A DNA stretch of 64,000 nt, from the NCBI RefSeq assembly GCF_009914755.1, contig NC_060932.1; one strand, given 5' to 3'. The notes beneath the pieces are model-generated. The model was not told the DNA's origin. It did no database searches and was given only the letters and a program-made list of their open reading frames with translations. The stretch is from the human T2T-CHM13v2.0 reference genome, Homo sapiens. Both the position numbers and the translations under genes were made by a program. Below, piece by piece: positions 41,876 through 59,457 of the stretch; positions within the stretch are counted from its first letter, which is position 1; each line of letters opens with the position of its first letter.

Positions 41876-43299
41876 AGATAAGGATCCTTACTCCATCTTT
41901 CTAGGAGCGGATCCTTAATCCATCTTTCTAGGAACTTTTAATATGATTTGGATCTGGCTCTCCGTGACTTTCATCCAAAGGTCTAGTTCTACGCTTTGGA
42001 CTCATTTAGCTCCTATATGATACTTCTTATTTTAAAAGAAAGTTCCGGTGTCTTGCCTGAATTTCCTTTTTAGGCTTTGTCCTTTTTGTCTTTATGATGC
42101 AAGTCTCCAAATATTTTGATTTGTCTCCTCCAAATATATTCAAGTTTGCCTGTATTTCTCAAGTTTAGTACTGAAAAGTGAGTGAGGCTCTGGGTGCGCA
42201 ATGACTGCATTGATGTAGAGTGGGCTATCTCCTCTTTCCCTATAGATATGAGAGCATGCATTTTTTTTGGCAGCCTATGAGCATATTGACCTTTTGGGTA
42301 ACTACTTAACAACCTCACCATTTCATAGATAATTTCAAGCCTTCAAAAATAAGAAAGATATAATTGCTACTGGCAGACTGAATTATTGATAACAGGTTGC
42401 AAATATTTTATAGGCTCATTCCTCCAATCTCACTTTAAGCATTTGAAGAATGACAAATTTAATTCTTCTCTTTTTTTGTTTTTTTTTTTGTTTGCTTCAA
42501 TCTCTTCTTCTGATGTGGGAAGCAGTAGACAGAGGTGATAAAGATAGAATCAAGCAAATATATGTGGTCATTTCATAAGAAGGGCCAGAGGAGGCAAAGG
42601 TTTGTTACCTAAATCATTATACATTTTTGGAGTCTCTCTTTTAGCAGGATCTAGTTTCTCTTATTTCCAACAACAAAAATTTATTTTATTGCAAGCTGTC
42701 AGTTGAAACATAGTCTCTATTTTGAGGGTATTTATGGTGGGTTTCTCAGCGCAGTGAAAATCAAGCCTATCATTTTAAGTCTTAGTTGTATAAAGATTAT
42801 GCCATGGATTCTGCTTCTGAAATGGAGACTCTTGCACAAAATATAGCTGTTTTAAATTCCCATGTTTATGAATCAGCATACTCTACCTAATAGGTATTTT
42901 TGTGGTGAAAATCATCTTCTAATTCACTAGTTTCATATATATATGAGTGTCAGAACTCTGATTTATCAGATCTGATTTAGTAAAGTGTGACACCAATCAT
43001 ACATGTATAGAGTGAGTTCTATGCCTTTCCAAGAAACAATTGAGCTTAAGACCAAAAGATAAAAGAAGTTTAGCAGGAAGTATATTGAAAATAAAACATG
43101 ATTAGAAAGCCAAAAGAAATATTTAGAAGCTTTAGCCGTTTCAAGGAAATTATTATCTAAGTGCAAATTAGTTTGTATTAACCAGTCTTTAACCCTTATG
43201 ATATTTGGCTCTTTCTAATTTGCTAATAATAAACAATTAAATAGCACAATGAAAATTTGTTAGTGTAGAGCTGATCAGCGTAGCCCCAGAGCAAAATTC

Positions 43300-43446
43300 T
43301 TTTATTATTATTATTACTTTATTAATTTTTAAGACGGGGTCTCACTATGTTGGCTAGGTTGGTTTTGAATTCCTGGCCTCAGCCAATCCTCCCTCTTCAG
43401 CCTCCCAAAGTGCTAGGATTACAGGCAGAAGCCTCCGTGCCCAGTC
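43300..43446 (-). mobile_element. Alu monomer (FLAM-like)
   Basis: gacggggtctcactatgttgg...cctcccaaagtgctaggattacagg; caaaatt on both sides. Confidence 0.85.
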
Positions 43447-46109
43447 ACAAAATTATATTTAAGTAAATTATCTTATGCCCTGGAATAGAAATTCATTTCC
43501 CAAGAAGAGCAGTTATCCTAGAAAAATATTTGTTCCCAGAAGAATTAAGCCTAATGAAAATTTTCACTATACTATGTATGAGCCAAAAAATGTATGGTTT
43601 TACTATAAAGAGAAGCTAGGGTCTTTATGCAAGTTAATTCATTAGTAAGAGTTCTCTCAACTGCAGGCAGTAGTGATAGGCATTTATAAATTCCAGTAGG
43701 AAAAACATATGAAATGCAAATATCAACAGTATCTGCATTGAAAGAATAGGGCCATTTGTTCAGTATAATACAGTATTTAGTGCTGAGTGATATACTTTAA
43801 AAATGCATGCTTTGTGAAACTGATAGGTAGAGTGCTAGTCTGAATTATTTTGTAGTAATTATTATAAACTCTGAAAGGAAAACTCACTGACAGCATTTGT
43901 GGCTAAGAAATTCCATTAAAAGAAAGCATAACAATCATATTTTGATGTGAAAGTTCCAATTCTTATACTTTAAATTTCATTTTCAAAATAATATTTCTTG
44001 TTATTTGAGCAGTAGTGTTTCTTTATCATTGTGATACAATAAGCTGGAGATAAAAATTTTTATTTTCTCCATTTTAAATGTATTAGCTAATATAGAAGTG
44101 GTTCAGCTAGTGCCACAAATGAGTATCATTCAAAACAAAATTGCTGCTGTACTTACTCACTTGAATGAAATGTAAGAACTTGTCTTTCTGGAGATGAAAC
44201 CCAGAATCTAATGCTGAAGAGATCCATGTGATATTTTTTCAAGATCTTAAATTCAGATTTTGGTTTTCTTTCTTTTAGCATGAGTAAGCCTTGTATAAAG
44301 TTGTGCATTCATTCCTTCTTTCAACAAATATTCCTTGAGCACCTACTGTGTGCAAGCATCATACCAGTTGTAGATGATACAGCAGTGAACAAGACAGACA
44401 CATGGTACCCACTACCACGTGACTTCTAAATTAGCTGAAGAGACATTTAATGTATCATTACGCTATAATGAGATGTGCTGTTGATAAGAAAGGAGTCAGC
44501 ACAAGGAAACACTTAGAGAAACTAGAGAAACAGGGTGGAGAGAGCTTCACGTAGGTATACACTGAGAGAAAGAGTCTGCTTTTTCTCCTCCCCTCTCTCT
44601 CTCTCTCCCTCCCTCCCTCCTTCCCTTTAATCTCCATTCTCCCTCCATCTGTTAGAATGGTTATTCTAATTTTCTACGTTTAATGTGTACCTTCAGTGTG
44701 TGTATGTGCTCTTGTAAAATAGTATTGTTTTATATAACTCATAAATGTGTTTGTGTATGCATTTTAATTTAGATTCTCTTTTTACTTTTCTGATTGAGTA
44801 CTGTGGTTTTCAGATCTTCTTCCTGGTTTTATTCCTATATTTCTAATTGTTGCATTGTACTCCATGGTGTTCAATTTACTGCATTTTTCCTCACTGTTCT
44901 TCCAATGCTGGATGTCCAGATATGCTCCAGCTCCTGCCATCCTAAATAACATTGAGCTGAATATCTTCATATATCTCTCCTTATGAGCCTGGGTGAGAAT
45001 GTCTTTTGGATTTATGGAGTCGACCCTTCAATGTGTGTTTAATTAATTTGGGGCCAAGTTCTGACAGCTTCTTCATCAGATTGCCTGCTCTCATCTACCT
45101 TCCTACCGGCAGTGCATCAGGATCCCTGTATCACAACATTTCTGCCAAAGATGGGCATTACTTCCTAATTTTTAACATGCCAATATCAGTACATCTAATA
45201 TCAGCATTAGTGATGGCTAGCATGAGTGATAGCAATTAGTGATATCTCATTGTTGTGTTAACTTGTGTTTCTTTGATAACCAATGAATTTGAAAATCTTT
45301 TCACACAAGTCAATCTTTCAGTGTGATCTAATATAAATTTCCTATTCCTAACCCTTGCTCATTTTTATTGGGGTTTCTATCTTTATCCTTTTGGTTTTCA
45401 AATATTTCTGATATTAATACCTTCTTTGAATCGAGACATTATAAAATCTTGCTAGCTGTCATCTGGAAGGTTTTTATTGTTGTTTTTCATTTGGAATGTG
45501 ATGGGGTAAAATCTGGAAGAATCTAGAATACCTCAAAGCAAGACTCTTCACCATTAGGCAGTATAGGCATAGTGCCAAGAGCCAAAGATCTTCAAATGGT
45601 CTTTTTCACAATGGCTACGTTATTTTTCAGCCTGCTTAGAGTACTTTCCCATGGCAAATAATCAGTATTAGGAGAATTTTTTTCTTTCTTTTTTTTTCAA
45701 ATGAGCAAAATGCTCCTATAGACCCTTTTTGCACTTGAATCTTTGTTGCATATGATTTCTCTGTAATCTTCAGACATTGTGGCCCCAAAATTCATGTGTT
45801 GGGGCAAGCTTTCTGCAAATAGTTTACCAAAATTATGAGCAATTAAGGTTTTTGATATTACAAATATTATTGGGCATTATTTACTTTCTGTGCTCTTATA
45901 GTGTTTCAAAATCTTTATGGTGATTTATAATCAATGATAATTTTTCTTGAAAACATCTTTAAATAAAGACTGAATGTAAAATTAAAGAAGTTTTTGAGCT
46001 ATACTACATATAAAATACGCTTTAGATATAGGGTGGGGACATGAAGGTGAATGGAAATACATTTTTAAAACATAACAATCTTGCTCTTGAAGTTCAATTG
46101 GATATATTC

Positions 46110-47000
46110 AGTCACTCATTAGCAAAAATCATTTCTTGACCATCTAGTACATGGCACAAAAAGTGTCTGACCCAGAGTGGGTGTTCAATAAATACTTGGT
46201 GAATCAATGAATAAATAGACATATTATATAACATAGTGTTTAATACTGTTTGGTAGAGGCAGACTCCAGATGGTATGGAATCTCAGAGAAAAGGCATCTA
46301 CTCTGACCTAGAGAGACTGGGAATTGTTCCCTGAAAGATACCTGAACATATTAGTAGAAAATGTCCAGGTAAAGAGAAAAGGAGCAAAGAGGACATGGCA
46401 GGTACCCCACCTTCACAAACATGTGGGATTTAAGAACCTCTGATATGCAAGACTACTCACATAATTCAGTATTACTGAAGCTTGGTGTGAGAAACAAGAA
46501 GAAGCAACAGATAAACACGGATAACAGGTATGCCTTTTAGGTCAAGGAAAGGGAAACTGCTGAAAGCTTTTTAAGCAAAACAGTGACATGGCCTAAGCTG
46601 CCTTTTAAATAGCTCATTCTGGCTTCATGAAGGGTGAATTGGAAAGTATTTAGATTGAAGGTGGAACGACAGAATGGTAGTATTTTTGATAATAGAAATT
46701 AGAGATTATGAGGCCCTGAATTAGGGATTAAGAAGAATTGATTTTATAGATATTTAGAAGGTATGAATTAGGGCTTGGTGATTGATTAGATATGGATGGG
46801 AAGTTGAGGAAGAGGTAGAAGTCAAAGGTGACTCCCAGTTTTCTACCTTGGATGACTGAGTGAATAAATGGTGCTGTCACTGACTAAGTGAGAGAACACA
46901 GAATTAGGAGCAAGTTTGACAAAGAAGATAAAGCATTTGGGGATATTTTGAGGTTTTGATACCTCAGGAACTTTCAAGTAAAGATGTGTAGTGGGCCTCT
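46110..47000 (-). mobile_element. L2 fragments
   Basis: agaagtcaaaggtgactcccagttttctaccttggatgactg...ggtgctgtcactga and related motifs. Confidence 0.6.
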
Positions 47001-47026
47001 GAATAAGAAATGTTAAATAATAATGA

Positions 47027-47366
<340 letters not shown>

Positions 47367-48717
47367 TAGGGTTATGGCTGGGCCCAATAATTAAATTGAC
47401 ATGAGACAGATTAACAGGACAAATGTGTATAAATTTATTTAATATAAGTTTTATATAATTAAAAGACTTTTAAGGCAAATGTAGAAACTTACATAGTTGT
47501 AGAGATAAAATGCTTAGCTCTTTAAATATTGAGAAGATTTCTTTTTCTTAAGGAATCAAAGACCTAATATGACTATAACATGAAGCACAGAAAATTATTT
47601 TTATAAAACATGAAATATTTGGTTTTTAGGTAGATAATTTTAAAGGTAAAGAAAAATCTTTTATAATGTTTTTCTACCAAGAGCAGACCAATACTCCAAA
47701 AAACACTTTGTCTTTTTAACAAAGACCAAATTCCAAAGTCTTATAATGAATTTATTCAATTTAGTCTGCTTGGACATGCAAGATTCTCTCTTGTTTTTCC
47801 TTTTCAACTTTTTATATCCATTCACTTTTAATCTTTGATTCACTGATCGATTCTGAAACAACCTTTGAATAACCTTACAAGACAAAAGTACTCTTTCCTT
47901 AACAAAAATGTCTTTCCTATGTTTAGCTTTTCTTACCAAAAATATATCTTATTTTCCTTTTAAGCTTTTTATGTAGAGTTGTTTTCCCTTATTATTACTA
48001 GTAGCTTTAATTACATATATCAATTAGAATTTTTAATTCTTAGTAACCTTAATTTCTAGTGAAAACTAGAAAACTAAGAAGTAATTATGAACTGTTATAT
48101 AACATCATTCTATATATTAACACCATTTTATAATTTCTAGAAATATGTTTGATGATAGTACAGTTTTTCACTGTGGTACAGGATGTGTTTGCTAACAGAC
48201 CCAAATGTCCTTTGTTCTGTACTAAGAAGTCCAAAGTTTATAAGCTTAAACTTACATTTCACAATGAATATTTTTCAGTATTATGTCGTATTTGGAAATG
48301 ATATAGATGCTTAACAAATATCCATCATTTAATTTAACTTAGTATAACTTTAAAGTTTTAAGTTGCAAAAAAGATTTTGAAAATGATTTTTAAGTAGGCA
48401 TACTTTAAAAAACATAATTATTGAAAAGTTTATAAACTTCTATCCCACTTACATTTAATTTACTTAGTTTTAATAATTGTTCATGAAAATTTCATGAGAT
48501 ATTAAACAAAGCTAGTCATTATCTTATATTTTTCCTATAGATAAATCAGGCAAATATTTAAAAAATCACAGATGCAAAGAACCTAAAAATTAAGACATAT
48601 GGCTCTTTTAATTCTCATTGTTGTGTTTGTCATACATTAAGCAATTTATTTTGATGGTATGTTTTGTTCTTAGGTTGAATTTATTGTATTTGTAATTCAA
48701 CAATCTTAAACATAAGC

Positions 48718-49017
<300 letters not shown>

Positions 49018-50554
49018 AACATAAGCAATTTTATTGGTAAATTCAGGTAGAATAAGTTGTATGTCTGCATCATGTTTAAGGTTGACAACTCTGAAGACAA
49101 ACCTTCTTTATTTAAACTAACACATTTAAACTAACTTTTTATTTATCAAAGATTACCCCAGATCACATGATCTTGAAAACTTAAAACTCATTGAGGTCTG
49201 AGGAGATGGGACTGGATTTTGCGAGGGTGGTTTAAGCCAGGGACTCAGAGTGCCAGAGGATCTTCTGGGGTTGGTGGTCAGGGACAGAGAGTTGGAGGTT
49301 AAGGGGGGTATAGGTGGATGGAAAAGGAGAATTTTTTGCAGGTGTGGATTTTAGCTTTTGTTCTAAGTCTGATTTCTATTTAATCTTGCTAAGGGTGTCC
49401 CTAAGGCTAGCCATCACATTTTTTGTGTCCTCTTTTTAATTTAATCTTTACATAGGTACCAATGAGGCAATTGCTTAGGATGTGAGCTCTCTAAAAATAA
49501 TAATAATAATAATAAAATAAAAATTTTTTAAAAACTTTAAATACAACAGTCAAAATCTTCAAAAGTATACCTATGTTAATTGTGATTCAAAACCAATAAG
49601 CCTTTTTATGGTTCAAAATCAATAATCCTTTTATGACATAATTACGGATGCATGCATTTTATCCCAAAGATGGTACAAAGGATGCGGTTCGCCTCAAGAT
49701 CCAAAGTTTTTGCTAAAAAAACAAAGACACTCAATGTTAACAAGGCAACAAAGGTTGAGACAATTAAGACAAATTCTTCTGAGTGCTGGCAGAGTCGCAA
49801 AAAGAGACACTCCGTGTTTCAGACCCCTGGCCAGCTAGCTAGCTGCCTGATGCAAGCCTGAGAACTTGTGCCCCTGTTATGGTGAAGACCAGAGAGAATA
49901 TTTTCACAGCTCACAAAGTCTAGTTTTCAAGACATAAAACAAGACAGAAGGAGAATCTTATTCTATTATTTTCCTCCTTATGAGAAACCACACAAAAGAC
50001 AGAGGCAAGGAAAACAATGATTATTTCTAGGAGGCTGTGGATCAATAACCAATGGGTACCCAGAACCAAATTCACAAGAGTCACAATTGAAATAACTAAT
50101 TCTTACAAATGTTTTTCTCCTGCCAATCCAGATTAGGAAAGGAAGAGACAAAGAAAAATATTTACTTTTCTCTCTCCACGAGGCATTCCAGACAGAGATC
50201 CAGGAGAGCTGATTTTGGTAGGAATTTCTACCTTCTGGCTTTTGTCAGTTCTCCTAGGTTCCCATCCTCAGGCTCTGGAGTGAGTGGAGTATCCCAGCCT
50301 TTTAGGTCCAGTCCTCGTCACCAGAGACTGCCAAGGGAGCAAAATTCCACCACCATCTTCTTAGGGTCCTGGATGGGCCCAAGAATTACACTGATATTAA
50401 ATAGATTAATAGGAGAAAAGCACACAAATTTATTTAATACAAGTTTTACATGGCAGGGGAACTTTCATAAGGAAATGACCCAAAGAAGCACTTAAAGTCA
50501 GTTACTTATATAATGAATTGGACAAAGAATAGTAAACTATGAAGAAGCAACTAA

Positions 50555-50892
<338 letters not shown>

Positions 50893-52157
50893 TATTTTAA
50901 CAAGATCTATATAGGATTTTCTTGGTTTAAATTTCCCATTCTTGATGTTAAGATGTAAAGGGAGGGAATCTTTCACATGGGAATTTCATCTTCTATTTTT
51001 AAGAAACAGCACTGTTAGAGTGATCTTTTCCACCGGCTGCCACTCAAGTGTCTTTAACTGAAATCGTCAGTATGCCAGACTGGTACATTTTTAACTCCTT
51101 CAGCAGGTAGTGTGTGATAAATTCCCAAAGAATGAGTAAGAGAAAGGAATTTCAGAGTAGGAAGGCATGCCTGTGGTTCAGGGGATTCAGAGAGCTGGTG
51201 GAACTGAACTCAATCTTGAAGGACAGACAGTATATCAATAAGCAGAGATGCAGGAGAACATTCTATGAGCGGCACACAATAATGTCTTTAACAGGCTCCG
51301 TATATGCAAGGCTGCTGGGACCATAAGCCTAGGGTTGGGAGGAAAGAAACTTGAACTGGGTGGCGCTGGAAATGCTATGGAGTTGGGCCTCCTTCCTGAG
51401 GACCATGACTTGAAGTCTAAAGTGTGCTTTAAAGAGGAATATGATGAACCTGGGTCCTACTTGGGGAAAGGAGGTAGGGAATGGCATGACAAATGAAATT
51501 GCCTAGAAATGGCAGTATTATGAGTCAGACTAGAAACCCTGTCATGATTCTGAAGGTCCAGAGGCTAAGAGCATGAGGAATCAAATAGCTTTTGGCCCCA
51601 GGATATAGGAATGGTCAGGGCAGGGCTTAACTCTGACAAGAAGCAGCTTTGGACAGGAAGATGCATTCTACACCCTACTAATGGATCCAAATGAAGAGAA
51701 ATAAGAAATGAGAAGCAAAGAGGTATGTTGGGTGGGGAGGGGAGTAGCAAATAGAGAGACTTAGTTAAAACTGTATGTGTTGAAAAGTAGGAGTAAAATT
51801 GGAAAGATCTTTGATTGGAAGCCCTGAATTCCAAGATTGGTAGATTAGATTTTGTCCTATCAGTTCACTTAAGAGTTTTTTGTTGTTGTTGTTTTCCTTA
51901 GAAACTTATTTTAAAATATATATATTCTAGGAAAATAAATCTGGCAGAGATGTCTAGAAAGGATTAAAAGGGAGAAACTGGAGGCAGGAATGCCAGTGAG
52001 CAGACTGTGAAGGAATCCAAACACAAAGTAGTAAGGTCTAGGGCAAGGGCATGAGGATTGGAAATTGAAAAGAAAGAATACTTAACATATGTATTTTTAA
52101 ATATGAGTTGGTGCCAGGGTCAACAGTCATTTTTACCTTAAAACTATGCCAGTGAGA

Positions 52158-52726
<569 letters not shown>

Positions 52727-54009
52727 GGCTGAGACAAAGTTTTAATCCTAACATAGGAAGTAATTTTTAAAACATAATTAGATGTATGTGCTTTGTCTTA
52801 TTCTTTTTGTGGGAAATTTTTAATTGCTGCATAGAATTCAGGGCTTTCCAAGCTAATTTTGTAACAACTTAAGGTTTCTATATTTTTTCAGAACCATCAA
52901 AAAATTCTAAAAAGATTCTCAAAATAAGTTTTAAGTCTCTTCAATGAAATATATGTCATTAATGATATCTAAGAGAAGAATATAGTCATAAAAGCTAATG
53001 CATAATCGAGGAATGTAAAAAATTCGGCATCATAGATTTAAATGATATTGGATTGAGACATTTTAGAAATGTAAGATTTTATGTTTCTATTATATTTAAT
53101 TAAGTAGCTAGAAAATTACACAGTTAATTTTTAGTGTATTCTGTCTTAAAAAATTATCCAGGCTTCTAGTACTGAACCCTTTAAATGATGAAATGAGAAA
53201 CATGTTCACTTTTGATTTGCTTCCTGATAAGTGGAGATATAAAAATGGGTTCGGGGCATCTATTTTCTTTGGTGATTTGAACGAGTTATAATTCCATTTT
53301 GTAGAGCTTTCTAAATATCAAAAATAGAATTTGTAATGATTTAGGATGCTAATGTAGAAAAATTAATTTCAAAAGCTACAATCCACAGTAATAGTATTCA
53401 GATGACTCATTCAGCTCTATTGTAGAAGCTAGTATTAACAGTTTTCATTTTAAAATATTTTCTGTAGAAGAATAATGAAATAAGAGTTGAAGTATGCCTG
53501 TTGGTAATAATGTAGTTTCTTTATTACAATTTGTTTAGATAAAATAGCGTCCTTAGAAGCAAATCAGTGAGCTGATCATTGTGGTAGGCCCTGGGAATTA
53601 GAATAACATCATTATTAAAATAAAATTTTTGCTTTTAGGAAACTTGAAGTCTTACATATGTAAAAATGCAATAACAAGTGTGGTTTTTAAGAGATTATAT
53701 AAATAATTTACCTTTGTTTAAACTGAAAGCATGATACTCAGAATTAGTATAGACATACCAATTTTTAAAAGAGCAGAAGTACTTAGGACATATTTAACTT
53801 ATGGAAATTCACTTTACAGCTGAATTTTATCATACAAAGAGACGTGGTATATTAGGACAGCAAAATTGTGCAAGATGTTTTTTAAAATCTTAGAATAGAT
53901 CTAAATAATCCTAAGTAAATTCCTTAAAGTTTTTAAAAGAGACTGGTGAAAGCTTTTGAAAGCACTGTAAAGCTAAAGATTATAGGACACTTTATCTTGA
54001 AGCATACTT

Positions 54010-54377
54010 TACAAAAAACGTACCACAGACTAGGTAGCTTAAGCAACAGGAATTTAATTTTCTCATAGTTCTTGAGGCTGACTGGAAGTTCAAGATCAAG
54101 CGTCCAGCAGGATTGGTTTCCTCTGAGACCCTCTCCTTGGCTTCAGATGGTCACTTTCTTGCTACCTCTTCACATGGCCTTTCCTCTGTTCCAGTCCATC
54201 TCTGCTGTCTCTTCTTTTAAGGACACCAGTCATATTGGGCTAGGGCCCCATTTTAATGCCTTGTTAACCTAATCACCTCTTTAAATACTATCTGTGAATA
54301 TGATTATACTCTGAAGTACTAGGGGTTAGGACTTCAACATATGAATTTTGGAGGAACACTGTTTAATCCCATAACAC
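54010..54377. mobile_element. MaLR (MLT1A/B-like) solo LTR
   Basis: taccacagactaggtagcttaagcaacag...ggacaccagtcatattgg...ttcaacatatgaatttt...cccataaca. Confidence 0.82.
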
Positions 54378-54994
54378 ATGTGAAGAGATATAAATCACAA
54401 TAATTTTTCTCCAGTTAAGTAGGAATAAGTATGGAATAAAATGTAAAGGATAGTGTCTCCACTTAAAGACTCTCATGACCCTGGAAGTACAAGATGTTGG
54501 GAAGTATGTTTCCTAAATATTTAGAAGAGAAGTGTAATTGATTCTCTTCACGTGAAGTTGTATTCATAGACAGATTATACTAGTACTTTCTCAAGACATT
54601 TTCAAATGTAAGATATTGTCATTCCTCCCAGCCCCGCAAATATAAAATGATTTATCAGGCCTAGAAACATGAAAACATTTATAGTAGTAATACATTTAGT
54701 ATAAAATATCAAGTTATTTTATCAGAAATGAATTTTCAGGAAAATAAAATTAATATATTTTTATACCAAAAATGTTATCATGTATTATGTGCAGAAAAGA
54801 ATTAAATTGGAAAAGATATGTGAAAAAGCTTTTAAAATAGTAAATTTCTTAAACTGCTAGTTATGTCGTGTCTCATAAATATATTATGACCCAAACACAG
54901 AAACCTATTAAAATGATCTCTAAGTGAAGACACTAAGTGAAGAGAGCAACTTAGGATCATTTAAAACCAATTGAATTTTTAATACAAATTTTAG

Positions 54995-55333
<339 letters not shown>

Positions 55334-57283
55334 TACTTTTTATTTCTTTTAATTACACTAAATAAAACAATTGAAGCAATAAATCCATTAAAAACTATTT
55401 CTGAAACATTCAAACGTTTTTTGCTTTGGTGACTTTTATAAAGAATGGCTACAGCTACTTCTCAATTGAGTAAAGGGATGAGGCAAAGCCAATAGTTTGA
55501 ATATTTTTAACTGACAGTTCCTAAGTCTACAAAGTTGCCCCATGTGGCTATAGCAGAAATAGTTGATGCAGAAGAACTCTCTGCCCGCCATTCCACCCAC
55601 ATTAAAAATGCTAGATAAAACACAGCAAAATAATTTTGGAACATAAATTTGCCCTGAGTACACTTGGCCATAAAACCTGTGGGCAGTTGTTATCATATGA
55701 ACTTACATTAAAATATACATATATATGGTGTACAGTATTCTACATTGTGAACCTATCTATATATGCAATGTTAGAGGAGAATTAAGAACTTTGTAAGTGC
55801 ATGTTACGTGTTAATAATCTTCGTGATATTCACATTATAATCATGAAGTAATGCAAACTAGGTAATAAACCTTTAGTCCTGAATGTGGGATTAACTTGAG
55901 ATGGCTGCTTTGCCAAGCTTAGTTTTACTTAATCGAAAACCTGTCTTAACATGATGCTGTTATTTTAGTGTGTAGTATTTGCATATGGTGTTCTTCCTCT
56001 GCCTTACAGGGGTGTTGTACAGAAGCTGGTGTTAAATTTCTATGGACAGTATTAATTGTGACTATATTAAAAAATTTACAGAGAGTGCTCATAAAAATAT
56101 TAAACAGTTGTCTGAAAAACTGACCTCAATTCCTCAACCTCAACCTCTAGAGCACCTGATTTAAAAACAAAAACAAAAAAAAATTACTTGACATTTTTAG
56201 CAAATCTATGAGTGTGTTTTGTTTGAGGAAAGAGAGAAGCTATGACAAAGCTAGTACTCAGGAGAACTGAGCCTAGAGAAGAATCCTGTAAGAGGCTTGT
56301 ATATAAGGAAATTAACCAGCTCCAGATTACAACCCCTCTATAAGTTTGCCTATACGTTTTTTAAATGCACTTTTAACAGTCCCTGAAATTTGACCAGTTA
56401 AGGCTATTGTTTGAAAATAAGAATATCTCTGAAAGATGAATAGACTCCACCAGTTTGTTTTAATGCTAAACAAGCCTAAGATTACCAATACTTTAGGAGC
56501 AGAAGTCTTAATTGAAGGAGGGAGGATATGGAGCTAATGGTTTTGGAATTTCTGAAGACTTTGGGCATCATCCTTGGTGACATACTAAAGTGAGAGACAG
56601 AGTTTACCTTTATCTCCAGATCTAGCCATCTGGAGATGTTCAGAGATGTAGGGAGATAAGAAAGCAATGAAGAAAATTTGTTAGGAATGTGAAAACTATA
56701 CCTTTTTCCCATTTCAGAGTGTTTTTAGGATTTTCATTGTGCTAAAGAATAGAAAAGTAAACCCTCTTCTATTTTCTCATTTTTAAATTTTCTTCCTCTT
56801 CTCTCTTTCTCCCTCCTGTGTTATATAATTACTGGATTCCAGAATCAGAACACAAACTGATACTGTATTAAATATAATGTAATTACTTTCTGGCTTGAGT
56901 GTTTGCCAGAGATGACCTAGGAAATGAATGACATTTTGATTTACATTGTAATTTTTTGAAAATGGTTTATGAGCTGTGAACAACTAACACATAGACACTT
57001 CACAATAAAAATTTTGTGAAGTGTCTGTGTGTGTGTGTGTGCGCGCACATACATGTGCACCTACCTCCCTATTCGTCATAACTTAAGTTGTGAGTTCTTA
57101 CAGATCAGAAGCCTTCTATACCAGTGTTTATTGGTGTGTGTTTTTAGGTCTACCTATATTAATATCACTTAAAGTGATAGTTAAGAATACAAATTTCCTG
57201 ATAGGTCAATCAAAGTCTCTGCAGCAGAAGCAGCTCTGTAGGTGATTATCAGGCACACTCATCATCGAGAACTGCTTATTTAT

Positions 57284-57670
<387 letters not shown>

Positions 57671-58044
57671 TAGGTTGCCTCATGATTCACTGGTTTCTGT
57701 AATTGTCAAAGTTTGTTTTATCAAAAGTCACAGAGAGGGGTTATTGAGTTATTTTTATTCTTGTGTTTGGAAATGTTATTAGCACTTTATATGAAAGTTG
57801 AAAAGGGATATTAATTTTTGCATGGTCTGAATTATAGTTAATATAAATTCGTATCTCTCTGAACTTTAGAAACAAAAAATTCAAACTGTGACCAAGGCTT
57901 TGTTCAGCAATATGTTAGCTGCATTAAAAGGAAATACATTCTTTGCATTTTTGTAGATGTATATCATGGGAGATGTTGCCTTGGATCAGTGTCAGAAGAA
58001 TATACCATTAAATTATCCATTTAAAATAATATAAAATATAATGA

Positions 58045-58285
58045 TGATAATAATACTTCCTGAGTTCTCATTATGTACCACGCATTGTACTGGGGGCTTC
58101 GTATTCACTGTTAAATGAAGTAATTCTCACAACAACCTATTGGGTTATTACTATTATCTCCTATTTACAAGTATAGAGATTTTAAGCAATTGCCCAAGCA
58201 TGGCTTACAGCTAGGATGTGTGAAGGCTGGGACATATACCCAAGCCTGTCTGATTCCTGAGTTTACACCATTAACCACTGTGTCA
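58045..58285 (-). mobile_element. MIR SINE
   Basis: gagttctcattatgtacca...taattctcacaacaacctat...tattatctcctatttaca...aagcaattgcccaag. Confidence 0.65.
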
Positions 58286-58983
58286 TAATGTCCCTTTGAG
58301 CAAGAGTAAGTAAACATCTGACCAGACTGTTTGGAATATGTCCCAAGGAGTAGGGAGGCCTAGCTTCCAGAGAGTTTCATATATTCCTGTGTCTTACAAG
58401 GGAGGGATAGAAGGTAGTTCTGTATGGAAGAAAGCAGAAAGTTTAAAACTGCAAGCTATTGAAGCTGGAAGGGAGCTCAGTGATCTTTATAGACAGGACA
58501 GAGAAGTTGTCTGACCTCTTTTTAGAAAAGAAACCAAGGGACAGAGAGATTAAATTTGCCTAAAATCAAATGTCTGTTAAAGAGATATCTAGTTAATGAG
58601 AGACTAGGATTAAAAAAAAACAGGCTTCTTTTTTTACATATAAGGTTTGAAATGTCTGCCAAAGACCCAAAAGTATGTATGGAGGTTCATAATAATTTGT
58701 CTTGTTTTAAGATGACTAATATCTAGGCCTACCTATTTCTGCTACGCCCAGCCCATTTTTCCATCATGGATAACCAATGTCTTTGTCCAGCTGCAGAGCT
58801 AGCAAATAGAGACTGGAAGATTTTATTAGAGTGGACATGAGAGGTGACATTTAAAATACATTTTAAAAAATTTAAATCCAGTTTAATATATTCTTAATGA
58901 CTTTGTAGATGGAGTAGAATAATAATATCCAGCTTTCTATGTCATGGTCCTGAGGTTCCTGAGCCTATCCCTGCTTCTTTTCA

Positions 58984-59380
<397 letters not shown>

Positions 59381-59457
59381 TATATTTGTGAATAATATTC
59401 GGTAATAGTGGCCCACTGCATAAATGAGACACAGGTTCTTCATGGATGCAAGTGTAG

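Noticed and set aside
28171-41933. Short direct repeats as a CRISPR-like array
   Set aside because: Eukaryotic intron; only 2-3 adjacent copies with no unique spacers and no associated genes.
49652-50495. ORFs in the ERV internal region as gag/pol/env
   Set aside because: On the strand opposite the provirus, with no retroviral protein motifs.
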